A DNA stretch of 64,000 nt from Chloroflexota bacterium (GTDB lineage: Bacteria; Chloroflexota; Dehalococcoidia; SHYB01). Under the pieces are notes generated by a model, which saw nothing but the letters and a program-made list of their open reading frames with translations, had not been told where the DNA came from and did no database searches. The stretch's first letter is position 1. Each line of letters opens with the position of its first letter. Position numbers and translations under genes: made by a program. Positions 48,033-57,181 of this stretch are shown piece after piece. Where the stretch lies: assembly GCA_016875535.1 (NCBI GenBank), contig VGPF01000002.1:73856-137855 (forward strand), read 5' to 3'.

Positions 48033-48325
48033 AGACGTTAGAGATCGCCTTCCTTGGCGATGCCACCTACCGCCCGAGCGAGATCGTTGCCGATCTGCGC
48101 AACGCCACGGAGAGCTTCTTCCATCCCATGCGCATCGTCGGCTATTGGGACGACCCTTCGAACGATCATACCTGCCCGCAATCCCTCTTCGGCCGGAGAT
48201 GCCCCCATGTCCTGCCGCAGGGAGACGCCGGGCGCGTGGACTACCTAGAGACAGTCCAGCGAGACCTCAACGCCGTCCTGCACATCCACTATCCGCACGC
48301 TCGCGTCCATTTCTATCTGGGATAA
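48029..48325 (+). CDS. small hypothetical protein (98 aa)
   Basis: coding-like composition, coupled to upstream small ORF. Confidence 0.5.
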   Translation: MKTLEIAFLGDATYRPSEIVADLRNATESFFHPMRIVGYWDDPSNDHTCPQSLFGRRCPHVLPQGDAGRVDYLETVQRDLNAVLHIHYPHARVHFYLG

Positions 48326-48340
48326 TGTGAGCGACCCCTC

Positions 48341-49978
48341 ATGAACCCCCTCCATTCTCCGGCAACCTCCCAAGCGCCTCGCGTTGTTATCCTCGGCGGA
48401 GGCTACGGAGGCATCTACGCCGCCCTTGGGCTACAGAAACAAGCAAAACGCGGACACATCGCCCTCTCCTTGATCAGCCGGGACAATTACTTTCAGTTCC
48501 AACCCATGCTGGCTGAGGTTCTCTCCGGAAGCATCGAGCCGCCGCACGTCGTGAACCCCATCAGGCGACTCTGCAAGCATCTGGACTTCCACCAGGCAGA
48601 AATTATTGGTGTTGACACCAAGAACCGATGTGTGAGCGTCCGCTATCCCGGGCAAACGTCCGATCACACGATCTCCTACGACCACCTGCTCGTAGCCGTC
48701 GGCAGCGGCAGCGACCTTACGATGCTCCCAGGCATGTCTGAACATGCCTTCGCCTTCCGCAGCATCGGCGACGCCTTCCGCCTCCGGAACCACATCATCG
48801 GCATCCTGGAAGAGGCCGAGGTGGAAGAGAACCCGCTCCGCAAGCAGGCGCTGATGACCTTCGTTATCGCCGGAGGCGGGTACACAGGCATCGAAGTGGC
48901 TGCGGAGATCAACTCCTTCGTGAAGGAAGCGGCCAAGAGCTATCGCAAGGTCCGCCCGTCAGATGTGAAAGTCATCGTGCTTCAAGCCATGGACCGGATC
49001 CTCCCAGAGCTTACACCCGACCTGGCCGCATTCAGCCATCGCATCCTCGAACACCGCGGTATCGACATCCGCCTGAAAACGCTCCTTAAGGGAGCGACAG
49101 CCGAACGGGCCATACTCGCCGATGGAACCGCGATCCTCACCCGTACCCTTGTGGCCGCCATCGGCTCCTCCACGAATCCCGTTGTACGCACACTGAGCGG
49201 CGAGCACGATAAGAAGGGCCGCCTGGTCACCGATGAGCTGCTCCGCGTCCGCGGTCTGGAAAACGTCTGGGCTGTCGGCGATTGCGCCTCCATCCCAGAC
49301 CTCGTAACCGGCGGCGCCTGCCCGCCGACTGCCCAATACGCTCTTCGTGAATCGCGGCACGTCGCGAAGAACATCAAGGCAGTTGTCAGCGGCAGACAGC
49401 CCAAGCCCTTCCGATTTAAGATCCTCGGCGTCTTTGTCCCGCTCGGAAGGTTCACCGGAGCTGCGCAAGTCTTCAACCTGCGCCTCTCCGGCTTTGTCGC
49501 GTGGTTCCTCTACCGAACCTATTATCTCTATCAATTGCCGCGCGTGGAACGGAAGCTTCGCGTCCTGATCGATTGGAATCTGGAACTCTTCTTCCGCCGC
49601 GATATCGTCAAGCAAGAGGTCCACGCCAGCGACGCCGTCGCCCGCGCCCATTATGAAGAGGGGGAGACGATCTTTTCGGAAGGTGAAATCGCCAACCGCT
49701 TCTATATCATCCTGAAGGGCAAAATCCAGATATCACGCCTGCGCAACAGCCACCGGGAGGAAATCGCGACCCTGGGTCCGGGTGAGTTCTTCGGCGAAGT
49801 TTCTCTCTTGCGCGGGGGGATGCGCACTGCAACCGTTCGCGCCGTCACGCCGGTGGATCTCCTGACGATGGACGGGACCGACTTCCGCGCCATCGCCAGC
49901 ACATCGAAGCAGTTCAACGAGATGATCGAAGAGACGATTCGCCGCCGGGCTCAGATGCCCCCGCAGCAGCATAGATAG
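48341..49978 (+). CDS. type II NADH dehydrogenase-like FAD/NAD(P)-binding oxidoreductase fused to C-terminal cyclic-nucleotide-binding domain
   Basis: GxGxxG dinucleotide motifs VVILGGGYGGIYAA and FVIAGGGYTGIEVA; C-terminal cNMP-binding signature …FFGEVSLL…RTATVRAV…. Confidence 0.85.
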   Translation: MNPLHSPATSQAPRVVILGGGYGGIYAALGLQKQAKRGHIALSLISRDNYFQFQPMLAEVLSGSIEPPHVVNPIRRLCKHLDFHQAEIIGVDTKNRCVSVRYPGQTSDHTISYDHLLVAVGSGSDLTMLPGMSEHAFAFRSIGDAFRLRNHIIGILEEAEVEENPLRKQALMTFVIAGGGYTGIEVAAEINSFVKEAAKSYRKVRPSDVKVIVLQAMDRILPELTPDLAAFSHRILEHRGIDIRLKTLLKGATAERAILADGTAILTRTLVAAIGSSTNPVVRTLSGEHDKKGRLVTDELLRVRGLENVWAVGDCASIPDLVTGGACPPTAQYALRESRHVAKNIKAVVSGRQPKPFRFKILGVFVPLGRFTGAAQVFNLRLSGFVAWFLYRTYYLYQLPRVERKLRVLIDWNLELFFRRDIVKQEVHASDAVARAHYEEGETIFSEGEIANRFYIILKGKIQISRLRNSHREEIATLGPGEFFGEVSLLRGGMRTATVRAVTPVDLLTMDGTDFRAIASTSKQFNEMIEETIRRRAQMPPQQHR

Positions 49979-49984
49979 CTTCGG

Positions 49985-50776
49985 CTATTTCAGTTTCTTC
50001 AGCACATCCGTGTAGCGCTTCACACAAGCCTTATCGCCTTTGCCCATCATCGTCTCAGGGCGGTATTGGATATGCATCGGCAGCCCGTGGTTCACGCCCT
50101 GAAAGAGCGAGGTTCTCGCCCCGCACATCATCTGGCACACCACTTCCTTGTGTACCTGTTCCCGGGGCGCTCGCGCAACATACGGGCAGTGCCAGTTGGT
50201 CACCTTCACCTGGTGCGGGCTGACCTCCACGGTGGACTGGATGTCCATGGCGCGAAAGCTCACGTTCATCATATCCGCCAGCTCGGTGAGGCTCTTCAAT
50301 TCGCCGCCGCGGGCGCTCATCATCTCCCACATCCACCGCCTGCCCGATTCGCTCAGCCCCTTCGCCACGATCAGCTCCGCGTCATGGGCCGGCATCGTTG
50401 TTTTCAGGTCGCGGTAATAGCCTAGGGTCAGATTGCCCACGAATTGGAGCGTATGGTTCCACTTCACTTCAGACGGCACCGGCATGCGAACCATCATCCC
50501 TCGCGCAAGCCTCTTAAAGGGGCGCATGGCGAGATTGAAGACAGGCGTTAGGAGAAGCACAAGCCGCGCAACGAGGAGCAAGAGCCAGACACCGACCTTC
50601 CGTAGCCCCATGATCGGAAGCAACAGAATGGTGAGGAGGACTTTGCCGGGATGGCTCTTGGCGTCCTCCACAGCGCTCTCCTCCACCGCTTCCGGAGTCT
50701 GGAAGATCGGGGGCGGCAGGTGCTGCGGTCGTGCTCCCGCCGGTCGCTCACGCAGTTTGGTCGCTGATGTGCTCAT
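49985..50776 (-). CDS. hypothetical protein with one N-proximal TM helix and Cys-rich C-terminal region
   Basis: TAGGGG SD; …WHCPYVARAP…VVCQMMCGART…; family uncertain. Confidence 0.6.
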   Translation of the reverse strand: MSTSATKLRERPAGARPQHLPPPIFQTPEAVEESAVEDAKSHPGKVLLTILLLPIMGLRKVGVWLLLLVARLVLLLTPVFNLAMRPFKRLARGMMVRMPVPSEVKWNHTLQFVGNLTLGYYRDLKTTMPAHDAELIVAKGLSESGRRWMWEMMSARGGELKSLTELADMMNVSFRAMDIQSTVEVSPHQVKVTNWHCPYVARAPREQVHKEVVCQMMCGARTSLFQGVNHGLPMHIQYRPETMMGKGDKACVKRYTDVLKKLK

Positions 50777-50793
50777 GTCATGCCCCTACAGTG

Positions 50794-52101
50794 CTATAGA
50801 CGGATCGCCAGGATCGAAGCGATGAACGCGGCTATTGCGGCAATCACGAAGGCAGGGAAGTAGCCGAAAAATCCGGCTACCTGGCCGCCGACGATCGCTC
50901 CAGCCGCCAGCGCCATAAAGCTGAATGCAGTGAAATGCCCGGAGGCCGTGCCTTTTTGACCTGCCGGTGCGAGGTAGACCAGGCGGTTGCCTCCGGACGT
51001 CGCCGTTGCCGCCCACGTCAACCCGGAAAAGGCCATCAGGCCGATCACCGCTAGGTGGGCCGGAGTGCCGGTCAGCACAAGCCCCACGAGCCCGATGCAC
51101 AGGAACGCGGCGCTGCGCCCCAGGCTTCCCAGGGCGTGAAGGCGCGCCGGCATCATCTTGCCCATGTTGTGCGCCACATGAGGCATCGCAAGCCCCGCCG
51201 CCAGGTTGAAGACCGTGGAGCCGATGACAACCTTGTACACCTCTGCATCAAGCTCCTGCATCATGTAGGCGGGATAGATGCCGCCCATAATGCCGATGCC
51301 GAAAAAGAGAACCATCGTTGTAAGAAAGAGATTCTTCAGGCCATCGCTATACGCTGTCTTGTGTTTCCAGGTGATCGGGCCGCTCTTCGCCATCGAGGCG
51401 GGCTTCGCGAGGGCCGCAGACCGTGGTGGCGCCGTCTCTTGACCTCCGGAAGCCCCGTGCTTCTGATGGTCCGCGGGGCGCAGCCACAGCAATGCAAAGG
51501 CGATGGCGATGCAGCACATGATCGCGCCGAGTACGAAAAGGATGCGGATGCTGTTCGCCTCGCCGATCATCCTCCCTCCCACAAAGAGCCAGAGCACGCA
51601 CAGGCCGAAGGCCGTGGCGGTGCCGAGGGAGTTCATGGCGCTCAATCGCGCCTGCTGGGTCGCCCACTCGGACCGCCGGAAAAGACGGGTTAAGACGATA
51701 GGCACTACAGGCCCAGCGGAAACAAAGACGATTCCCCACCCGATACACAGGACAACCAACACCATGGGATTGTTTGTGATGGCAAAAGCAATCATCAGGG
51801 TCGCGGCTGCGGCAAAGACCATAGTCAGATACTTCCGCGGCGATTGCACCCGATCAACGACCTTACCCACCCCGAACGGCGCGATGGCTGAAAGCATATC
51901 TCCAAGGGCCTCAATCAACGCAACCACCCCGACCCCCGCTCCCAGTGCGGAAGCAAAAACAAGAAGGAGAGAATCGGCGGTGTTGGTGGCCATCGAGTAG
52001 AAGTTAAAGGCGAAGGGCCACCGCTTCAGCCTGCTGGCCTGGATGTGCTCAGCGGCTGTCCGCAGTTGCAGCGAACTGAAGGTCCGGGACGTTGTGGCCA
52101 T
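50794..52101 (-). CDS. MFS transporter
   Basis: 12 predicted TM segments; MFS-like loop after TM2. Confidence 0.85.
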   Translation of the reverse strand: MATTSRTFSSLQLRTAAEHIQASRLKRWPFAFNFYSMATNTADSLLLVFASALGAGVGVVALIEALGDMLSAIAPFGVGKVVDRVQSPRKYLTMVFAAAATLMIAFAITNNPMVLVVLCIGWGIVFVSAGPVVPIVLTRLFRRSEWATQQARLSAMNSLGTATAFGLCVLWLFVGGRMIGEANSIRILFVLGAIMCCIAIAFALLWLRPADHQKHGASGGQETAPPRSAALAKPASMAKSGPITWKHKTAYSDGLKNLFLTTMVLFFGIGIMGGIYPAYMMQELDAEVYKVVIGSTVFNLAAGLAMPHVAHNMGKMMPARLHALGSLGRSAAFLCIGLVGLVLTGTPAHLAVIGLMAFSGLTWAATATSGGNRLVYLAPAGQKGTASGHFTAFSFMALAAGAIVGGQVAGFFGYFPAFVIAAIAAFIASILAIRL

Positions 52102-52211
52102 GACATCTCCCCTGGTGAGCAGGGAACAAGCTAGTTTTGAACCAGTTCAATACCAAGTCTATCATTAGGCCGCCCCAGGGTCAATCTTCAGAGCCCGCAC
52201 CCGGTGCTATT

Positions 52212-52766
52212 ATGGTGCCTCAGCCCATGATTACCGTCGGCATCCTTACCATCAGTGACGCCGCGTCCCGAGGTCAGCGTGTGGATACCAGCGGCGAAAA
52301 TATCGCCAAGCTCGTATCCAGGCTGGATGCCGCCGTCAAGGCACGCAAAGTCATCCCGGATGAGGCTGCCCAGATCGCCGAGACATTCAGGACTTGGGCG
52401 GACGTTGAACACCTCGACCTCATCCTTTCGACAGGCGGCACCGGTCTTGCCCCTCGAGATGTCACGCCCGAAGCCACCCGCCAAGTGATAGATCGCGAGG
52501 TGCCGGGACTCGCCGAATGGATGCGCGCCGAGAGCGCCAAGCGCAACATTCATGCCGTCCTCAGCCGGGGAGTGGTTGGAGTGCGGGGCCAGACGCTTAT
52601 CGTGAATCTTCCAGGCAGCCCCAAAGGCGTCAGCGAGATGCTGGAACTGATCATGCCCGTCTTACCCCATGCCATCCAAATCATGAAGGGCGTTCAGGAC
52701 GACCACACTCCTCCCAAGGCTGACTCGCACAAGCACCACGACCACAGAGAGCACCACCACGACTAG
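52212..52766 (+). CDS. MoaB/MogA-family molybdenum cofactor biosynthesis protein with His-rich C-terminus
   Basis: …ITVGILTISDAASRG…, …LILSTGGTGLAPRDVTPEAT…, …LPGSPKG…; C-terminal HKHHDHREHHHD; start 52212 or 52227. Confidence 0.8.
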   Translation: MVPQPMITVGILTISDAASRGQRVDTSGENIAKLVSRLDAAVKARKVIPDEAAQIAETFRTWADVEHLDLILSTGGTGLAPRDVTPEATRQVIDREVPGLAEWMRAESAKRNIHAVLSRGVVGVRGQTLIVNLPGSPKGVSEMLELIMPVLPHAIQIMKGVQDDHTPPKADSHKHHDHREHHHD

Positions 52767-52772
52767 GCCCGC

Positions 52773-53519
52773 ATGAAGATTTCAGTTCTTACGCTCTTCC
52801 CCGGCATGTTCACGGGGCCGCTTACCGAAAGCATCCTTAAGCGGGCAGTGGAATCCGGCATCGTCACGATCGCCCTCAGCAACATCCGAGACTTCACCCA
52901 CGATAAGCACAACGTAGTGGACGACACCCCGTACGGCGGCGGACCCGGGATGCTCATGAAGCCCGCCCCGCTTGCAGAGGCCATAGAAGTCGCCAATCGT
53001 ACCGCAAAGGATAAAGCGCGGGTGATTCACCTCTCTCCCCAGGGCCGGGTGCTCACGCAGGGCCTGGTAAAGGAACTCGCGAGAGAAAAACATCTCATCC
53101 TGGTCTGCGGCCACTATGAGGGGGTAGATGAGCGGGCCGCCGCAACACTCTTTGATGATGAGGTGAGTATCGGCGACTACGTTCTCACCGGCGGGGAGCC
53201 TGCCGCCTGGGTGCTCATAGATGCCGTGGTCCGCCTCCTGCCGGGCGCGTTGGGCGACCCCGGCTCGCCCGCACACGATACCTTCTCCGACGGCCTCATC
53301 CAGTACCCACAGTACACACGCCCGCCGAACTTCAACGGCATGCCCGTGCCTGATGTTCTCCTCAGTGGCGACCACCGGGCCATCGCTAAATGGCGCAGGA
53401 GGCAGTCTATCCTGCGAACACTGACCCGTCGTCCTGACCTACTGGAAGGGGCGGGCATCTCCCCGGAAGAAGTGGCCGATGCCCTCCGTTGGGCCTCTGA
53501 ACAGAAGAGTGACACCTAA
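52773..53519 (+). CDS. trmD: tRNA (guanine37-N1)-methyltransferase
   Basis: MKISVLTLFPGMF…, …DDTPYGGGPGMLMKP…, …LVCGHYEGVDER… TrmD signatures. Confidence 0.92.
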   Translation: MKISVLTLFPGMFTGPLTESILKRAVESGIVTIALSNIRDFTHDKHNVVDDTPYGGGPGMLMKPAPLAEAIEVANRTAKDKARVIHLSPQGRVLTQGLVKELAREKHLILVCGHYEGVDERAAATLFDDEVSIGDYVLTGGEPAAWVLIDAVVRLLPGALGDPGSPAHDTFSDGLIQYPQYTRPPNFNGMPVPDVLLSGDHRAIAKWRRRQSILRTLTRRPDLLEGAGISPEEVADALRWASEQKSDT

Positions 53520-53603
53520 GGCTGTCCCGCAGCCTAGAGGTGTGGTATCCTATCCGAGTGCCCGCCTCTTGGCGGACGTTATTTTTCCTGAAGGCAAACT
53601 GCT

Positions 53604-54017
53604 ATGGACGCACGCAAACTTTTCGAGATTAAGGCAACCATCAAGGTCCCGGACCTGAAGCCTGGAGACACGGTCAACGTCAAGTCCCAGGTCAAGGAAG
53701 GCGATAGGACACGCTCCCAATCCTTCCAGGGCGTTGTCGTCCGGGAAGGCGGCTCCGGCCCCTCCAGGTCTTTCACCGTCCGCCGCATCGCCCACGGTGT
53801 CGGCGTCGAGCGCACCTACCTGGTGCACTCGCCGCTCCTTGAGTCCGTGGAACTCTTGCGCAAAGGCTCCGTCCGCCGGGCAAAGCTTGGCTACCTGCGC
53901 GGCCTCTCCGCCCGCGATGCCCGCATCAAGGAAAAGGGCAGGCTCGCTGCTGAAGAGGCGGCCGAAGCTGCGCCTGCCGCAGAAAAGCCAGTCGCTCCGG
54001 CCGAAGCCAAGAGCTAA
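53604..54017 (+). CDS. rplS: 50S ribosomal protein L19 (with Ala/Glu/Lys-rich C-terminal extension)
   Basis: …PDLKPGDTVNVKSQVKEGDRTRSQSFQGVVV… L19 signature. Confidence 0.9.
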   Translation: MDARKLFEIKATIKVPDLKPGDTVNVKSQVKEGDRTRSQSFQGVVVREGGSGPSRSFTVRRIAHGVGVERTYLVHSPLLESVELLRKGSVRRAKLGYLRGLSARDARIKEKGRLAAEEAAEAAPAAEKPVAPAEAKS

Positions 54018-54055
54018 CCGCTTCCAGACTCCCTTAATCCGCTGCGTAGGAGCGC

Positions 54056-56521
54056 GTGATGACCTACGCGGAAATCGCCGTTGACGCCCCTGCCGGTCAG
54101 GGTGACACCTTTACTTACAGCGTCCCTGCCGGGCTGCGCCTTCGTCCAGGCCAGCTTGTAGAAGTCCCCTTCGGCCCGCGTCAGGCCCCAGGCTTTGTCT
54201 TCACCCTCTCAAAGACCACGGCGTACCCCGGTGAGCTCCGTCAGGTCACCCGGGTCATTGACGAACGGCCCTGGCTCTCGGATGTCCAGATCGCGCTCGC
54301 CAAATGGGTCTCCACCTACTATCGCTCGCCCGCCTATGCCGCCGCCGCCCTCGTCGTCCCGCCCGACCTTCGCCAGCGTGTGACCACTATCTATAGCCCG
54401 GTGCCCCAGCCCACATTAGAACAGGTCCGCGGCATCAAAGAGCCGGCGGCAAAGCTCCTTGGACACCTCGCCTCCTCCGGTCCATCAGCCCAGGGGGCTC
54501 TGGAGAAGCGCTTCGGCAAACGGCTTGCCGCTTCGGCCCTCCGCATCCTTGTCTCTCGCAATCTCGTCCAGCGCTCATGGCTCTTCGCCAAGCCCAAGGT
54601 GGGGCCGAAACTTGCCCCGGTCGTCTTCCTTGCCGTCTCCCTGCCAAAGGCTCTCGCCGAAGTATCGCGCCTCGAATCCACCGGCAAGCCCGCCGAAGCA
54701 AAGCAGGCGCTGCTCCTTCTTGATATCGCCCTTTCCGGCGAAGAAGGAGCCTTCGAATCTAGCCTCCGCCGGAGCCATACGGCCGTCACAACAACCCTTG
54801 CCTCCCTTGAAAGGCGCGGCCTGGTCCAACGCTCCCGCACGCGCGTCATGCGCGACCCGCTGGCAAACATCAGCCCTGCAAAGAGTGCGCCCCTTACATT
54901 GACGGCTGAACAGCAAGCCGCGTGGAACGCCGTAGAAGCTGCGATCGCCGCCAAGCCGTCCGCGCGAAAACCCCTGCTCCTCTTCGGCGTTACAGGCAGC
55001 GGCAAGACCGAGCTCTACATACGCGCCCTTGAGCGCGTCGTCCGGCAAGGCAAGCGCGGCATCGTGCTTGTCCCGGAGATCGCGCTGACGCCGCAGATCG
55101 TGGAGCGCTTTGCAGAGCGTTTCCTTGGGCGGGTCGCCGTCCTCCACAGCGGCCTCACGCCAGGTGAGCGCTTCGATGAGTGGTGGCGCATCCATGAGGG
55201 CGAAGCGAGCGTCGTCATCGGCTCGCGCAGCGCCATCTTCGCCCCACAGCCCGATCTCGGACTTATCGTCCTGGATGAAGAGCACGAATGGACCTACAAG
55301 CAGGAAGAGAACCAGCCCCTCTATCACGCGCGCGACGTGGCCTTGAAGCTCGCCGAACTGACCGGCGCCACCGTCATCCTTGGAAGCGCCACACCTTCGC
55401 TGGAGAGCTACCACTGCGCCCTCACCGGCCGGTATCAGCTCCTAGAGCTGAAGGAGCGCATCGGCGCCTCGCTTGAGACCGGGAAATCAGGCGCCCTTGC
55501 CCAGGTCAGCATCGTGGATATGCGGGAAGAGCTGAAAGGCGGCAACTCCAGCATCTTCAGCAACGCCCTCCGCTCCGAGATGCACCGCGCCCTTGCCGCT
55601 GGCGAGCAAGTGATCCTCTTCCTCAACCGCCGAGGCGCGGCGACCTTCGTCCAGTGCCGCGATTGCGGCTACGTCGCCAGGTGCCGCCGCTGCGATTCGC
55701 CCCTCACCTACCACAGCGATGCCGCCGACCTGGAGTGCCATCGCTGCGGCTATCATGTGCGCGCCCCAAGCCTCTGCCCCGAATGCGGCGGCAGGCGCAT
55801 CCGCTACATGGGCCTCGGCACCCAGCGGCTGGAGGAAGAGACGGCTCAGGCATTCCCTGCGGCGCGCCTCCTGCGGTGGGATCGCGATGTGACGCAGGCG
55901 CGCGGCTCCCATGAGGCCATCGTCCGCCGCTTCATCGCCCACCAGGCGGATGTGCTCATCGGCACGCAGATGCTCGCCAAAGGCCTGCACATCCCCAGCG
56001 TCACTCTCGTCGGTGTCGTCAATGCCGATATCGGTCTCCACTCGCCGGATTTTCGCGCCGCCGAGCGCGTCTTCCAAGTCCTCACCCAGGTGGCTGGGCG
56101 TTCCGGACGCGGCGAGCGTCCGGGCCGGGTCATCTTCCAGACCTATTCCCCGGACAACTATGCCATCCTGGCCGCCGCGACCCAGGACTACCCCGCCTTC
56201 TTTGCAGATGAGGTGCGGCGTCGCATGGAGCTTGGCCTCCCGTTGCTTACGCGCATCGCCCGCCTCCTCTTCCAGCACACGAACCGGCAAGCCGCCCAAG
56301 AAGAGGCTGAAAAGACGGCCAACCACCTTTCCGTCACTGCAGATACGCTTGGTCTTCCTGGAACAAAAGTGATTGGGCCTGCCCCTGCGCCCTACGAACG
56401 CCTGCGGGGACGCTATCGCTGGCAGGTGCTGGTCCAAGGCCTTGACCCCAACGCCCTGCTCGATGCCGTCAAGCTCTCCAAAGAATGGCTGGTGGACATA
56501 GACCCGCAGCATATGATGTAG
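54056..56521 (+). CDS. priA: primosomal protein N' (replication restart helicase PriA)
   Basis: 3'BD N-terminus, helicase motifs (GVTGSGKTE, DEEHE), Cys-rich Zn-binding insert CRDCGYVARCRRCDSPLTYH…CHRCGY…CPECGG. Confidence 0.92.
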   Translation: MMTYAEIAVDAPAGQGDTFTYSVPAGLRLRPGQLVEVPFGPRQAPGFVFTLSKTTAYPGELRQVTRVIDERPWLSDVQIALAKWVSTYYRSPAYAAAALVVPPDLRQRVTTIYSPVPQPTLEQVRGIKEPAAKLLGHLASSGPSAQGALEKRFGKRLAASALRILVSRNLVQRSWLFAKPKVGPKLAPVVFLAVSLPKALAEVSRLESTGKPAEAKQALLLLDIALSGEEGAFESSLRRSHTAVTTTLASLERRGLVQRSRTRVMRDPLANISPAKSAPLTLTAEQQAAWNAVEAAIAAKPSARKPLLLFGVTGSGKTELYIRALERVVRQGKRGIVLVPEIALTPQIVERFAERFLGRVAVLHSGLTPGERFDEWWRIHEGEASVVIGSRSAIFAPQPDLGLIVLDEEHEWTYKQEENQPLYHARDVALKLAELTGATVILGSATPSLESYHCALTGRYQLLELKERIGASLETGKSGALAQVSIVDMREELKGGNSSIFSNALRSEMHRALAAGEQVILFLNRRGAATFVQCRDCGYVARCRRCDSPLTYHSDAADLECHRCGYHVRAPSLCPECGGRRIRYMGLGTQRLEEETAQAFPAARLLRWDRDVTQARGSHEAIVRRFIAHQADVLIGTQMLAKGLHIPSVTLVGVVNADIGLHSPDFRAAERVFQVLTQVAGRSGRGERPGRVIFQTYSPDNYAILAAATQDYPAFFADEVRRRMELGLPLLTRIARLLFQHTNRQAAQEEAEKTANHLSVTADTLGLPGTKVIGPAPAPYERLRGRYRWQVLVQGLDPNALLDAVKLSKEWLVDIDPQHMM

Positions 56522-56615
56522 CGAACCCATAAGCCCTCCTTTGCGAAGGGGAAATGCCTCCCCTATAATCAGGTTGAACGTAGCGTCCGTCACGCGTCCC
56601 TTGAAAGGTATCCAA

Positions 56616-57131
56616 GTGGCCGTCCATCCAGTCCGCCAAGCGCCGGACCCGGTGCTGAGCACAAAGACAAAGCGCGTCACAAAGATCGACGCCAAGATCA
56701 AGCGATTGATCGAGGATCTATTCGATACGATGGTCGCTGAGCATGGTGTCGGTCTTGCCGCGAATCAGATCGGCGTGCCTCTTCGCGTGGCCGTCATCGT
56801 CATCCCTGCCGCGGAGGATGCGCCGGAGGAGCGCTACGTCCTTATCAACCCGGAGTTCGTGAAAAAGGGCGGTCAACGAACGATCAGCGAGGGCTGCCTA
56901 AGCGTCGCAGGCTACCGGGGAACGATCACCCGCTCCGAATGGGTCAAGGTCAAAGCGCTGAATGCAGAAGGCAAGGAGTTCCGCCTGAAGGCGGAAGGAC
57001 TTCTTGCCCAGGCCTTGGAGCATGAGATAGACCACTTAGACGGCGTCCTCTATGTGGATCGCCTCCGCGAGCAGGGCGGGCTCGAGACGTTGCAAAAGGT
57101 CGAAGAGACGCCCGAGCCGGTAGAGGCCTAG
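56616..57131 (+). CDS. def: peptide deformylase
   Basis: Motifs GVGLAANQIG, EGCLSV, HEIDHLDG; start taken at GTG 56616 with GAAAGG SD (track ORF has N-extension). Confidence 0.85.
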   Translation: MAVHPVRQAPDPVLSTKTKRVTKIDAKIKRLIEDLFDTMVAEHGVGLAANQIGVPLRVAVIVIPAAEDAPEERYVLINPEFVKKGGQRTISEGCLSVAGYRGTITRSEWVKVKALNAEGKEFRLKAEGLLAQALEHEIDHLDGVLYVDRLREQGGLETLQKVEETPEPVEA

Positions 57132-57181
57132 GTCCCCCCATCGGCGGTCAAGCCTCAAGTAAGAGACTCGGAGGAATCGCC

